This document shows positions 52,912-63,578 of a stretch of 64,000 bases of DNA, one piece after another (position 1 is the stretch's first letter; every line of letters begins with the position of its first letter). The notes under the pieces are model-generated. The model searched no databases. It was given only the letters and a program-made list of their open reading frames with translations, and was not told the DNA's origin. The position numbers were made by a program, and so were the translations under genes. Source of the DNA: an uncultured bacterium (GTDB lineage Bacteria; Desulfobacterota_D; UBA1144; Nemesobacterales; UBA2774); assembly GCA_963825135.1 (NCBI GenBank), contig CAWGRW010000009.1:1632001-1696000 (forward strand), written 5' to 3'.

Positions 52912-53550
52912 ATGAAGTGCGTCAGCTGCGTAAAGAGAAAGGCAAAGAGATACTGCCCCGCCCTGAGGGGGTCTATATGTCCGGGGTGCTGCGGGGAGAA
53001 GAGGGGGGTCGAGATAAAATGTCCTCTCGACTGTGTCTATTTTGTCGAGGGCCAGAAACATCAGCAGCTCAAGGTGATGCATCAGAGGATCCGCAAGGAA
53101 GGGACCGTGAGCTACGTGCGCCGCGCGGAGCTGTACAACCGGAACCCCGGGGTTTTCGCGAGGATCGAGAAGATATTCGCCGAAGCATACCGCGCCAACA
53201 GGAAGCTCAGGAACGAAGACGTGGTTTCAGCGCTCGGGCTTGTAAAAAACACGCTGGATACGGAGAGGAAGGGGCTCATTTACCAGTATCAGGGCGAAAA
53301 CAGCTTCGCCAACGAATTGTCGACACGGATACTTATAGCATTGACCGATTTTAAAGACAATCACGATATCACGGAGGACAGGGTAACCGTAGATTTTGCT
53401 CTGAACGTCGTGGATGATTTTCTGAGGGAGGCGAAGTTCTACATGGAGAACGATTCGAATCTCCAGAGCTACCTCGTCCATATATTGCGCTATCATCCGG
53501 AAGAGGAAGCGGCCGCGGGACGTCAGAGCGAGCTTATTATTACTCCCTGA
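52912..53550 (+). CDS. Hypothetical protein with an N-terminal Cys-rich (Zn-binding) region
   Basis: CxxC...C...CxxCC...CxxxC followed by a helical C-terminus; directly after the mutase genes. Confidence 0.75.
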   Translation: MKCVSCVKRKAKRYCPALRGSICPGCCGEKRGVEIKCPLDCVYFVEGQKHQQLKVMHQRIRKEGTVSYVRRAELYNRNPGVFARIEKIFAEAYRANRKLRNEDVVSALGLVKNTLDTERKGLIYQYQGENSFANELSTRILIALTDFKDNHDITEDRVTVDFALNVVDDFLREAKFYMENDSNLQSYLVHILRYHPEEEAAAGRQSELIITP

Positions 53551-53583
53551 CGGCCGGTCCGGCACGGGAGGACGGGGGCGTTC

Positions 53584-53775
53584 CTATTTATTGCTGCTGC
53601 CTGAGGGAACGGTGTTGATTATAGCCGAGACTATGAACGCTATTACCGCTACGATCGAAAGGATCTTGAAATAAGACTGCCAGTTAAGCTTAATTCCCAG
53701 ATGGAGACCTATTCCGACGAAAGAGAAAACAATGAGCAGTATAAGTATCGCGCCGGGTATGTTCTTTCTAAGCAT
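53584..53775 (-). CDS. Small two-TM hypothetical protein
   Basis: AAGGAG RBS and two hydrophobic helices. Confidence 0.55.
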   Translation of the reverse strand: MLRKNIPGAILILLIVFSFVGIGLHLGIKLNWQSYFKILSIVAVIAFIVSAIINTVPSGSSNK

Positions 53776-54042
53776 TTTGGATCAACACTCCTTAATCATT
53801 GTATAATTTCTAAGACCGGAATAATCTTATCTGAATTTACCCGTATTATCAACTCTCGGGAATGAAGCGGCAGGGCTCGGGCAGGGCCTGACTTCCGGTG
53901 CCGTGGTTTGAACTTAAACGATATTGAATGTAACATTAAATACCATTGATTTCTCTTAACGGAACGAGCCCCCGCGTGTCCATTATGGAAAAATATAAAA
54001 ACTACTGTTTTTTGGAGAACTGCTATATCTAACGATCTATCT

Positions 54043-55956
54043 ATGAGAATGCCGAAGCCGAAAGAAATTCTTAAGCTTTTAAATAGTGCCCGGCATCGTC
54101 CTATGAGAACAAAAGAGATTTCACGGCGGCTTGGTGTGCCCAAGGAGGCGAGACTCCCCTTAAAAAAGGTTCTCGGGAAGATGGTCAGGGAAGGAAAAAT
54201 CGGCAGGACGGACGGCGGGTACATAGCGCCCGGAGGAAAGGACACCCCTAAAGCCAAAAAGGAAGCCGTACAGACAAACGCCCTTATCAAGGGGATGGTC
54301 AAGGGCGGCACTATACTCGGAAAGTTCGTCAAGACCGGCAAGACCGGCAAGATCGTACCGAAAGACGACAGGATACCGCACATCTACCTTCACGCTGGCG
54401 AAATAAGAAACCTGAAAAACCACAGTCTCGTCGTTTTCGGAATTACCGGCGGGGTTTCGACGACCCGTAAAGTTCAGGGCCGCATAGTCGAGGTGCTGGG
54501 AAAGGCCGGGGACCTGGAAGTCGAGAAAAAGGGTTTATTGATTGAATACGACCTGGAGGAAAGCTTCCTCCCCGAAGCGATGAGGGAAGTGGCCGGGATC
54601 CCTGATGAGATACCCGACAGCGAGCTGAAGAAAAGGGTCGATCTCAGGGAAGAGATAATATTCACAATCGATAACGATGACGCCAAGGATTTCGACGACG
54701 CGGTCGGTATTACGAAGACTCACTCGGGATACAGGTTATTGGTATCGATAGCGGATGTTTCATATTACGTGGAATTGGGGAGCGAAATAGATAACCAGGC
54801 CCTCAGCAGAGGGACGAGCGTGTATATGCCTCACATGGTCGTACCCATGCTGCCGGAAAAGTTGTCGAACGATCTATGCAGTCTGGTGCCTTATAAGGAC
54901 AGGCTCACCAAAACAGTCGAGATGGATTTCAACCGAAAGGGCGAGATGACGGATTTCAAGATTTACAACAGCGTGATAAGGAGCGCCGCGCGTCTTACGT
55001 ACTCGAAGGTGGCTGCCAGGCTGGGTGATTCTGACAGGGTGCCGCTTGAGGAAAAGCAGATAACGGAAAAGCTCTTTACAATGAATGAGCTATACCAGCA
55101 TATAAGGGCGAGGAGGATCGAAAAGGGCGAGCTGAATTTCGACATCCCGGAGCCCGACCTGATAAGGGACGAGCTCGGGAGGACCGTGGACGTCGTACGG
55201 ACACAGAGGAACCTGGCCCACGGATTGATCGAGGAGTTCATGATCGCGGCGAATTCGGCCGTAGCCAAATTTACATGTCAGGCCGAAATCCCGTCAATCT
55301 ACCGGATTCACGAAAACCCCGACGAAGAATCCATACTTGAGCTTTCGGAGGGAATAAAAAAGCTGGGCTATACCCTGTCGCCCTCGGGGGAATTAGGCAC
55401 CCTGGACTTCCAGCGGGTCATCAATTTGAGCAGGGGGAAGCCGGAAGAGATCGCCGTCAACATGCTCATACTGCGCTCTTTAAAACGGGCCACGTATTCG
55501 ACGGAGGAAAAGGGCCATTTCGGACTGGCGATAAAGCACTACACTCATTTTACCTCCCCGATCAGGCGTTATCCCGATTTGATCGTACACAGGATTACTA
55601 ACTCGCTGCTGAAACACGGTTCGATCCCGTATGACAAGGAGTCGCTCGACTGGATGGCTGAACAACTATCCAAGAAAGAGAGGACGGCGGATGAGATCGA
55701 GAGGGAGGCCATAAACCTCGAGAGGGCTCACCTGATGAAGTCTTATATCGGGCAGGAGTTTGAAGCCATCGTGCTGAGCGTTCTACCCTTCGGGATGTTT
55801 GTGGAAGTAAAGGAAGTTTTTGTGGAAGGACTCGTCCCCAGAGACAGCGTCCTTAACTGGAAGAAGCGCTGGTTTGAAATCGGCCAGACAGTACGGGTGA
55901 AAGTCACCGCCGCAGACGTCGAGAAGAGAAGGATCACTCTTAATCTGACGACTTGA
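54043..55956 (+). CDS. rnr: Ribonuclease R (RNB family)
   Basis: TIDNDDAKDFDDAV, IADVS, LIEEFMIAAN, YTHFTSPIRRYPD and a C-terminal S1 domain. Confidence 0.92.
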   Translation: MRMPKPKEILKLLNSARHRPMRTKEISRRLGVPKEARLPLKKVLGKMVREGKIGRTDGGYIAPGGKDTPKAKKEAVQTNALIKGMVKGGTILGKFVKTGKTGKIVPKDDRIPHIYLHAGEIRNLKNHSLVVFGITGGVSTTRKVQGRIVEVLGKAGDLEVEKKGLLIEYDLEESFLPEAMREVAGIPDEIPDSELKKRVDLREEIIFTIDNDDAKDFDDAVGITKTHSGYRLLVSIADVSYYVELGSEIDNQALSRGTSVYMPHMVVPMLPEKLSNDLCSLVPYKDRLTKTVEMDFNRKGEMTDFKIYNSVIRSAARLTYSKVAARLGDSDRVPLEEKQITEKLFTMNELYQHIRARRIEKGELNFDIPEPDLIRDELGRTVDVVRTQRNLAHGLIEEFMIAANSAVAKFTCQAEIPSIYRIHENPDEESILELSEGIKKLGYTLSPSGELGTLDFQRVINLSRGKPEEIAVNMLILRSLKRATYSTEEKGHFGLAIKHYTHFTSPIRRYPDLIVHRITNSLLKHGSIPYDKESLDWMAEQLSKKERTADEIEREAINLERAHLMKSYIGQEFEAIVLSVLPFGMFVEVKEVFVEGLVPRDSVLNWKKRWFEIGQTVRVKVTAADVEKRRITLNLTT

Positions 55957-56036
55957 GTAATCCGTCGCTTGTATTCTCCGATCAGAAGTGCCGTGGGCTG
56001 TAGCGTGAGGCAGTCGGCGATATGCCGCGGCTCCGG

Positions 56037-56879
56037 TTATATCTCGACCCTGAACAGCCCTTTGAGGGCGAATCCGAAGACCATCGATAATACGAATACC
56101 AGAACCAGCCAGTGGACGTGCCATTTATATACCTCTATCGAGTTTGCGGGATAGCCGATCTTTATCTGCTTCACCCGGGAGCCTGAGGGCAGAGGCGTCT
56201 GCGCGGGATTCAGGAGCGCGTCACGGAAACCCGAGGCCGACGCCGAGGCAAAGGGAGTGACCTGCACGAGGCCTTGTCCCGAGACCACGACTTTCTGCCG
56301 TATCTCCTCACCCGACACATTAAAGGTCAGATCCCGATCCCCGGCTTTCTGCGCTCGTATCCTCCAATCTATTTCATTCCGATCGGGGATCCTTAACGGC
56401 GGCGTCTCTATCTTAATCCCGGAGCCCGAAGTGAGCGTTACGTCCGAAAGCGGCGCATCGCCGTCATGGAGCTCGAGGGACACTATGGCCGATTCGCCGG
56501 GCTTAAGCGGCCTGTGGCCGTACCAGCTGTCGAGCTGGATCAGGATCAGCGCGAGCGGTATCATCATGAAGAGCATCGGCTTAAGCGCATATTTGATGTA
56601 TTTGAGGTTGTAAATAAAGATATTTTTCTGGGCAGAGAGCACTATCCCGACCTCGTCCTTGAAAAGACTGAGCTCGAAAATATATGCCCTGATTTTGTTC
56701 TTGGTCTCCCTTATCTTTTGCTGGTCGGACGTGTAGCGGAATATTATGAGCATTATTATTCCGATAAGGAGCGAAAAGAGGGCGAGCGACCATATGGGGT
56801 CGATATTTTTGAAGGGACTGACAAGGATTCCGAAAATCCAGGCCGCATTACGATTGAGATTCCATATAATTTCCGTCAT
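56037..56879 (-). CDS. Hypothetical membrane protein (N-terminus resembles EMC3/TMCO1/DUF106)
   Basis: TM-coiled coil-TM, then a periplasmic beta domain and a C-terminal TM. Confidence 0.7.
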   Translation of the reverse strand: MTEIIWNLNRNAAWIFGILVSPFKNIDPIWSLALFSLLIGIIMLIIFRYTSDQQKIRETKNKIRAYIFELSLFKDEVGIVLSAQKNIFIYNLKYIKYALKPMLFMMIPLALILIQLDSWYGHRPLKPGESAIVSLELHDGDAPLSDVTLTSGSGIKIETPPLRIPDRNEIDWRIRAQKAGDRDLTFNVSGEEIRQKVVVSGQGLVQVTPFASASASGFRDALLNPAQTPLPSGSRVKQIKIGYPANSIEVYKWHVHWLVLVFVLSMVFGFALKGLFRVEI

Positions 56880-56970
56880 ATATTATTCATCCCTAGTTTT
56901 CCGGCGTAATTACCGTACAAAACCCAAAGATTTCAAGCGTATAAAATCCACGTCGTAAACATCCGCCGGG

Positions 56971-58887
56971 TCATTCAATATAACCCAAAGCCTTTATCTT
57001 CCTTATTTCCTCGTAGTTGTGTTGAGCGCTTTCGGAATGTGCAACGACGTCCGGATTGAAGCTGGTTAAAGCTGACAGCAGACGTCTACGAACGTCCTCG
57101 ATCTTATCTGAACCGAAGAGGTTCTCCTTCTCTCGATAGTCACTCTCGAGGTCGTATAATTCAAAAGTGCCTTCCTTCGTTTTTTCGATAAGTTTCCATT
57201 TCCCCATAATGACTGCTCTCTCGGGAGTCGTGCTCTCGGCGTCGTCACATTGCTGACTGAATATCAATTCTTTTCCTCCGTTATCGGCGTGTGTCCCGTA
57301 CAGGTTCACGCCTCCGAAGTTATCGTTCGGCAGTCCGCAGGTCTCGATAATCGTCTTGGCGATATTTCTGACTTCGACATTCTGACCGACGTTTGTTCCC
57401 TTACGCCCGTTCTCGAACGGGCTGTACATAATAAGGGGGACGTGAATGATCTCGTTGTACAGGCTGGCCGCATGACCGAACCTCCGTCTCTCCAAAAACT
57501 CTTCTCCGTGATCCGCGGAGAGAATTATTACGGTGTTCTTGTCCAGTCCGAGTTCCTTGACGGCATCGATCAACCTGCCGAAGTTCTGGTCCGTGTACGA
57601 AACCTCCTCATCGTATGTGTCTATAACATATTGGATGTCATCCGGGTTGAGGGATTTTGTGATTTCCTTCAGTCTATCTTCCGTAAGCGGAACATCTATA
57701 TTGCTTGGATTTTCTTTTCTGTACCCGTACTCGGGGTGATGAATATATATGGAGTGCGGGTCCATGTAATGAACCCAGAGAAAGAACGGTTCGTCCCTGT
57801 ATTCCCTCAGGTATTCGATTGCTTTATCGGTTACCAGGTGCGATGTAATGCTATCGGGCTTCAAGACGGAGTCCTGGTCAAAAATATCGAAACCCTGAGA
57901 AAACCCAAACCCTTTACTCACGTATACGTTGGAGACGACGGCGATCGTCTCATAAAAATTATTTTTCATATACTCTGCTAGCGTAAGGAGGCTGTCATTC
58001 AGAATGAATTTGCTATTGAACTCTCCTATTTGAGACGGATAGAGAGAAGTTTGTATTGAGGCCACGGATGGGTAAGTCCAGGAGGCCTGTGCGAAAGCGT
58101 TCTCGAAGAGGATTCCCTCGCTGGTGAATTTGTCGATATTAGGCGAGGTATTCCTCGCGTATCCGTATGCTTCTAAATGGTCGGCCCTCAGAGTATCTAT
58201 CAGGACTAGAATTACGTTCGGGCCTCGGAGCTTATTGGATTTCCCGTACAATGGAATGAAAATGTTCGAAGCTAAAAGCATCGCGATGACGCCGACTCCG
58301 ATAGGACGTATACCTTTTGAAGCGATTATTCTTCTAAAATACCTTTGAAATAATCCGGGGATCCCTGTCCTGGAAACCAAGTATGTGAGACAGAATGTAA
58401 AAATAAGGCCCGAAACCGCCGAGGCGAGTATAAATATATAAAAAGTTTCTTTCGGGGCGTAGCTCAATTCTCCCAGCCGTGCCGTGAGGGGGTTCCCCTT
58501 GAGGAATCCGATGATATCCCTGTAAAATAAGAATGAAAAGTAAGACAACAGCATAATTACGGCGACTGAGAGTATGAAGGAATAAATAATTTTTTCTCCG
58601 CCGGATTCGGTTTTTGCAATATGTGCGCTGTTCCTGCGGGCAATGGCTCTCATTAAGATGTAAATCGATACGAGCACAAGGAATATGAATAGCGATACAA
58701 GGAAATAAAAATTCATATAATCCGGCAATTCGAAGAGTATGAGATTGAATAATCCGTAATGAACGTAGCGGTTATGGATGATATGGGTGGCCCACGTCAG
58801 GAGTCCGCACAGAAAGGCCAATATTACTGCCAGGCTGACCAGGCCCGTAAGCTCACGGGCGTTATTTTTAATGTATTCTCGAATCAA
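56971..58887 (-). CDS. Membrane-anchored sulfatase-like hydrolase/transferase (AP superfamily)
   Basis: About 5 N-terminal TMs, NVILVLIDTLRADHL, ASWTYPS, HYMDPH, SADHGEEF and C-terminal IKALGYIE. Confidence 0.88.
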   Translation of the reverse strand: MIREYIKNNARELTGLVSLAVILAFLCGLLTWATHIIHNRYVHYGLFNLILFELPDYMNFYFLVSLFIFLVLVSIYILMRAIARRNSAHIAKTESGGEKIIYSFILSVAVIMLLSYFSFLFYRDIIGFLKGNPLTARLGELSYAPKETFYIFILASAVSGLIFTFCLTYLVSRTGIPGLFQRYFRRIIASKGIRPIGVGVIAMLLASNIFIPLYGKSNKLRGPNVILVLIDTLRADHLEAYGYARNTSPNIDKFTSEGILFENAFAQASWTYPSVASIQTSLYPSQIGEFNSKFILNDSLLTLAEYMKNNFYETIAVVSNVYVSKGFGFSQGFDIFDQDSVLKPDSITSHLVTDKAIEYLREYRDEPFFLWVHYMDPHSIYIHHPEYGYRKENPSNIDVPLTEDRLKEITKSLNPDDIQYVIDTYDEEVSYTDQNFGRLIDAVKELGLDKNTVIILSADHGEEFLERRRFGHAASLYNEIIHVPLIMYSPFENGRKGTNVGQNVEVRNIAKTIIETCGLPNDNFGGVNLYGTHADNGGKELIFSQQCDDAESTTPERAVIMGKWKLIEKTKEGTFELYDLESDYREKENLFGSDKIEDVRRRLLSALTSFNPDVVAHSESAQHNYEEIRKIKALGYIE

Positions 58888-59008
58888 TTAAGCTTCCCCA
58901 TTCTTTTAATCGCAAGAGGCTCGTGCCGATTGAATCGGGATGACGGGGATCTGACCGGTCGCAATATATCAGGCGGTGGTTTGTTCCGAGCCTCATATAA
59001 TAAAGAGC

Positions 59009-59209
59009 TCACTCTATATAGCCGAGGCCTTTAAGCCTCTTGGTTACTTTTTCTTCGTCCTCGGGCGATTGTTTCTGCCCCTTCTTTATTTCCCTTTCGA
59101 GCGTGTACGCGATAAATTCTTCAACGGAGGTGTAACCCGTTTCCTCCGCGTATTGCTTGCATCTCTCGAGCAAATCCTTGTCGAGCTTTATTTTCGAGCC
59201 GCCAAACAT
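59009..59209 (-). CDS. Small protein with an RHH-like N-terminus and C-terminal RLKGLGYIE
   Basis: GAGGG RBS; in operon; 66 aa. Confidence 0.8.
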   Translation of the reverse strand: MFGGSKIKLDKDLLERCKQYAEETGYTSVEEFIAYTLEREIKKGQKQSPEDEEKVTKRLKGLGYIE

Positions 59210-59233
59210 GATTGTCCCTCCTTGATATAGGCG

Positions 59234-61240
59234 TTAATTATGCGCGGAACTCTCTTCCTTGAAAATATTATTTCCGATCATCCCGGCCTGCTTCGGGATT
59301 CCGAATTCCTCGAGGACTGTCGGAGCGAGATCGGTGAGCGCGGGGTTCTGCATCTTTATTTCCTTATTTGAAAGCAGGATACCCGGTACGAGCGCGGCTT
59401 CCATAAGGTGGTCTCCGCTCCATTTCTGTTTGTTGTCCCTCAGGATCTCCTTTGGAAAGCTTCCGAGGACGGTCTCCCAGGAAGCGCGGTATCCCCTATT
59501 GTAACCCACAATGAGATCGGGCGCATCCTTCAAATATGGCCCGCTGTATATCTCTTCCGCCCTATATACTCTGGTAATGACCTGCTCCCCGTTTTTGGGG
59601 TCCCTTATGGATAAAAGCTTTTCGGAAATCTCGTCGAGCAGCTCTTTCCGCTCCCCGGGCTCCACGATCCCCTTATATTCCCTTCCCTTCAAGTTCAGAA
59701 ACAGCCCGTTAAACCCGACCCCGTAAGCGCGTGTTTTGCCCCAGTCGACGTTCCTGAAAAACTCTCCCTCGGATTCGTCGGTAAGGTATGAATAACCGTT
59801 CTCTTTGAGCCAGGTATTCAGGTTAAACGCCCTGTAGAACGGGGCAAAGCCGTGATCGGACAGCACGATGACGGTTGTATTGCCGTCGATGCTGTCGAGC
59901 ACGCGCCCGAGCACTCTGTCCATGTCTATATAGGTGTTTTCGATCACGAGCTTGAGCTTGCTCCCAGCATCATAAGCCGGGTGCTTCGGGTCCATGGTGC
60001 GCCAGAACATATGGGAGAGCTGATCGACCCTTCCGATATAAAAGAATAGCAGTCCGGACCGGAAGTTCTCGAGCTCGTAGCCCAGCATATCCTGCTCTTC
60101 TCCGAATACTATATTCGTCTGGTCGAGGAATTCGCCGTCTCCGAGCACGAATTCCGACAACGCCTTTGAATCTTCCGGTATTCCCTGTGTATAGAATAGA
60201 CCCACGTTCTCCGCTATCTTGCCCGAGTAGTCCCTGGGTGTGGAGATCGGTAGGGCCGGATCCGACGGGTCTATGTTTACGGGCGTTACGTATAGTTTGA
60301 AATTCGGTCTCACTTCTTTTAGGTAAAAGCGCACGATCCCGCTCACTTTTTCGATATGGGGAAGGAGCTCGTACTTTAATTTTACCCAGTCACTCCACTC
60401 CCCTTCCTTGAGAATAATTTCATCGTTCTGTACGGAAATCTTCGCCACGGGATTCTCAGGGTCCAACAAGACGGTGAAATCGACTTTGCTTTCGGGCGTG
60501 TCCTTTCTGAACGTATTGATCGGACCGGGGAGTCTGCCGTGTACCTTGTTCCTGAAAACATCGACAGGAAAAACCTTGCCGCCCGACAGGTTCTGGAATT
60601 TGTCCGTGTCTTCGTCCGTGTAGTAGGAATAGGTCCCGTACGTCCCCTGTATGTCCGGCGTTCCCATGCCGGAGACTTGGCGGGCCTTATCGTCCGTTGT
60701 CGGAAAATTTGCGGGTACGCGAAATATTGTCGTATGTATCCCGCGCTCAGACAGGTATTCCCAGAAAGCCTTACCCTGGCGCAGCAAGGAAACCTTGCCC
60801 GCGGACAGGGGAAGCACCCATTTGCCGATTTTTACCGTTTTTGACGCCGATTCGGTCCTGGAGGTAGAAAGGTAAGGGACGATGCTATCGGGGTCCCTGT
60901 GAATGAAGTCGAATATGCCGTGCCCGCCCGGGTTCATGCCGGTAATGAAGTTTGACCAGGCGACAGGGCTTTGGGGCGGGATGCTTGTCGCAAGCTTCTT
61001 GAAGCCGCCCGACTCGCTGAGTTTCTTAAAATTAGGGAGCTTCCCCTCCGCCATAAGTTTATTCAGTATGTTGGGGTCCATGCCGTCAAAACCGATGATG
61101 ATCATTTTCTTATCCGCCGCGTTTGCCTTGGCCTGAGAGGGCGTATCGCCGCTTCCGCACCCGGCGGACACGAGCATGAAGGCGGTTAAAACGGAAATGA
61201 GCACCGCATTGATTGAACGGATTTTAAAGCTCCGCTTCAT
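59234..61240 (-). CDS. AP-superfamily phosphodiesterase/nucleotide pyrophosphatase-like lipoprotein
   Basis: Lipobox SAGC, IIGFDGMDP, PPQSPVAWS, LSDHGF and WSGDH. Start is 61240 or 61288. Confidence 0.85.
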   Translation of the reverse strand: MKRSFKIRSINAVLISVLTAFMLVSAGCGSGDTPSQAKANAADKKMIIIGFDGMDPNILNKLMAEGKLPNFKKLSESGGFKKLATSIPPQSPVAWSNFITGMNPGGHGIFDFIHRDPDSIVPYLSTSRTESASKTVKIGKWVLPLSAGKVSLLRQGKAFWEYLSERGIHTTIFRVPANFPTTDDKARQVSGMGTPDIQGTYGTYSYYTDEDTDKFQNLSGGKVFPVDVFRNKVHGRLPGPINTFRKDTPESKVDFTVLLDPENPVAKISVQNDEIILKEGEWSDWVKLKYELLPHIEKVSGIVRFYLKEVRPNFKLYVTPVNIDPSDPALPISTPRDYSGKIAENVGLFYTQGIPEDSKALSEFVLGDGEFLDQTNIVFGEEQDMLGYELENFRSGLLFFYIGRVDQLSHMFWRTMDPKHPAYDAGSKLKLVIENTYIDMDRVLGRVLDSIDGNTTVIVLSDHGFAPFYRAFNLNTWLKENGYSYLTDESEGEFFRNVDWGKTRAYGVGFNGLFLNLKGREYKGIVEPGERKELLDEISEKLLSIRDPKNGEQVITRVYRAEEIYSGPYLKDAPDLIVGYNRGYRASWETVLGSFPKEILRDNKQKWSGDHLMEAALVPGILLSNKEIKMQNPALTDLAPTVLEEFGIPKQAGMIGNNIFKEESSAHN

Positions 61241-61313
61241 GTTATGACTATCGCTTTTGTTTCTCTTGCCCTCGGGATTAGACGCCATAGTGTTTATAAC
61301 TATAACCGGGGTT

Positions 61314-63491
61314 TCACACGGCCCTCGCTTTCTTTTTGTCTTCTTCCTTGAATTCTCCCCCGACTCCCGCAACGTCCCTGCGTAACTCGCCGAAAAGAGG
61401 CTTCCCTTTCATATAGTTGGGAATTCCCACACCGAACAGCCTGAGCACGGTCGGGGCCATGTCGATAAGGTGAGGGTTCTCCTTCGCGATCTTTCGGTTT
61501 GAAAAAATGACGCCCGGAACTATTTTGGGGTCGACGCAATGGTCGCCGCTCCAGTGTTTTGTGTTGTCTTCGAATACGTGCTCTGTAACGCGTCCCACGG
61601 CGCATGTCCACGAGCTTCTATACCCGGCGTTGTACCCAACCAGCAGGTCGGGGGCGTCGTGTGTGTAGGGCCCGGACGAAGCACTGTCCGTGTCTATGAC
61701 CTCGCGGATGGAAATTGTTCCGGTCTGCTCATCCCTGAGACCCGTGAGCTTGCTAATGAGCTCGGATTTAAGGAGATCGACCGCTTCCCCCTCCTCGACG
61801 ATGCCTTTCATTTCCCTTCCCTTTCTGTTGATGAATATGCCCGCGAGCCCGAGCGAAAACGCCCGCGTCCCCTCCCAATCCACGTTCTGAAACCAGTCGC
61901 CGCTCGTGCTCTGACCGTCCCTCAGTTTGAGGTAACCGTTCTGAAAGAGCCAGCTGTTCAAATTCACGCCCCTCCTGAACTGAGTGAATCCGTGGTCGGA
62001 TATCACCATCAGCACCGTCTTGTCGTCGGTGTATTCGAGCGCTCTCCCTATGAGACCGTCCATCCTGACGTAGAGGTCCTCTATGACGTTTTTGTATTTT
62101 TCCGTCTCCTTTCCCCTGTTCGCAGGGTGTGCGTCATCGAGGCACCGGAAGAACATATGCTGGACCCTGTCGGTCGTGTCGAATACGCACGTGCAGAGCC
62201 CCCTGGGTGTTTTCTCGAGGGCGTTAAAAAACATTTTCTCCCGCTCCTCGTAAAGCAGGTAGGACTGCTCCAAAAAGGCTTCTTCGTCTATTACGCCTTC
62301 GTTGAGCGCCCAGGTGTCTTCCGCGAGCCCGAGTGTGCCGAACGAGCCCTGGAGCTTGGCCAGGTATATGGAATATATGAAAGGGTGGGATATCGGGAGC
62401 GCCGGGTTTTCAGGGTCTATGTTGATCGGAGTCACGTACATGTCGAATCCCTCATCGAGCGCGTTTATATAGAAGCGGCAAATACCGTGGACTTTGATGC
62501 CCAGGCCGGCGGGGAACGAAATTCTAATCCACGGGGAGTAGGTTCTGGGAGCGAGCTCGAAACTCTGCCCCGATATCCCGATGACCGCTTTCCCCCCCTT
62601 TTTATCTATTTTTATTTTAAGCGGGATGGTTATTTCTTCACCGTTTCTGACCAGGCTGTTATCGGGGCCGTATAAGAGGGTGTCTATGGCTCCGTCTTGT
62701 ATTTCCACGAACCTGCTTACCCCTCCGGTCTCCACTTCGTTCTTGCTCCTGTCGGTGGTGTAGTGGGAGAACGTCCCCTGGGACCCCTTGAGATCGGGGA
62801 CGCACATACCCGAGAGCAGGACACCGTTGAATTTTTCAGGAGGGAAAGTTATCGGGACGCGCAGAACCGAGCTCCATATGCCGTGCTCGCCGAGTATCTT
62901 CCAGAACGGGCGGCCCTTCCGGAGGAGCTTCATCCTGGGCTTGCCTAGCGGGATCATGTATTTCCCGATCGGGAGCACCTTGGACGCTTTCCCTATTTCG
63001 GCCGACGAGAGCATGGGCTGATACGTGCAGGGGTCTCTCGTAATGAAATCGAATATATTATGGTGAGAGGGATCGACCCCGGTCATGAACGAAGACCAGG
63101 CGACCGGCGATATGGAGGGATAACTCGTGGCAAGGGATGTGAAAGTGCCCTGTTCCTTCAGTCTCACAAAGTTAGGGAGCTTCCCCTTGTCCATGAATTC
63201 TTCTGCGAGCTTCGGGTCCATGCCGTCAAGCCCTATTATTATTACTCGGCTTACGCTGCTTTTCGTCCTCGAGCCCCTGCGCCAGAGGGCTCTTACCGCA
63301 TAGCGGAATGGCCAGGAAAGCAGGTAAAAGACGGCGAGGGCGAAGGTTACTATCATTACGAGAAAAGACGAGAGGAAGGCGAAACCCGCGCCGGGCCCTA
63401 TATACGCATAGGCACTGTCGGTTGCGGCAGGGTAGAGGGCCAGTAAAGTAACGAATATGGCTGCGAGTCTTTTCAGATTATTCTTCGACAT
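61314..63491 (-). CDS. AP-superfamily phosphodiesterase/nucleotide pyrophosphatase-like protein, paralog of the downstream gene
   Basis: Signal plus TM (AYAYIGPG), IIGLDGMDP, PSISPVAWS, ISDHGF and WSGDH. Confidence 0.88.
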   Translation of the reverse strand: MSKNNLKRLAAIFVTLLALYPAATDSAYAYIGPGAGFAFLSSFLVMIVTFALAVFYLLSWPFRYAVRALWRRGSRTKSSVSRVIIIGLDGMDPKLAEEFMDKGKLPNFVRLKEQGTFTSLATSYPSISPVAWSSFMTGVDPSHHNIFDFITRDPCTYQPMLSSAEIGKASKVLPIGKYMIPLGKPRMKLLRKGRPFWKILGEHGIWSSVLRVPITFPPEKFNGVLLSGMCVPDLKGSQGTFSHYTTDRSKNEVETGGVSRFVEIQDGAIDTLLYGPDNSLVRNGEEITIPLKIKIDKKGGKAVIGISGQSFELAPRTYSPWIRISFPAGLGIKVHGICRFYINALDEGFDMYVTPINIDPENPALPISHPFIYSIYLAKLQGSFGTLGLAEDTWALNEGVIDEEAFLEQSYLLYEEREKMFFNALEKTPRGLCTCVFDTTDRVQHMFFRCLDDAHPANRGKETEKYKNVIEDLYVRMDGLIGRALEYTDDKTVLMVISDHGFTQFRRGVNLNSWLFQNGYLKLRDGQSTSGDWFQNVDWEGTRAFSLGLAGIFINRKGREMKGIVEEGEAVDLLKSELISKLTGLRDEQTGTISIREVIDTDSASSGPYTHDAPDLLVGYNAGYRSSWTCAVGRVTEHVFEDNTKHWSGDHCVDPKIVPGVIFSNRKIAKENPHLIDMAPTVLRLFGVGIPNYMKGKPLFGELRRDVAGVGGEFKEEDKKKARAV

Positions 63492-63578
63492 TAAGCTCGG
63501 TATTCTAATGGACTTTTTACGTTATGTCATTCCTCATCGGTGTATCGCACGTTACTACGGGAACCCAGTTTGTAAGGG

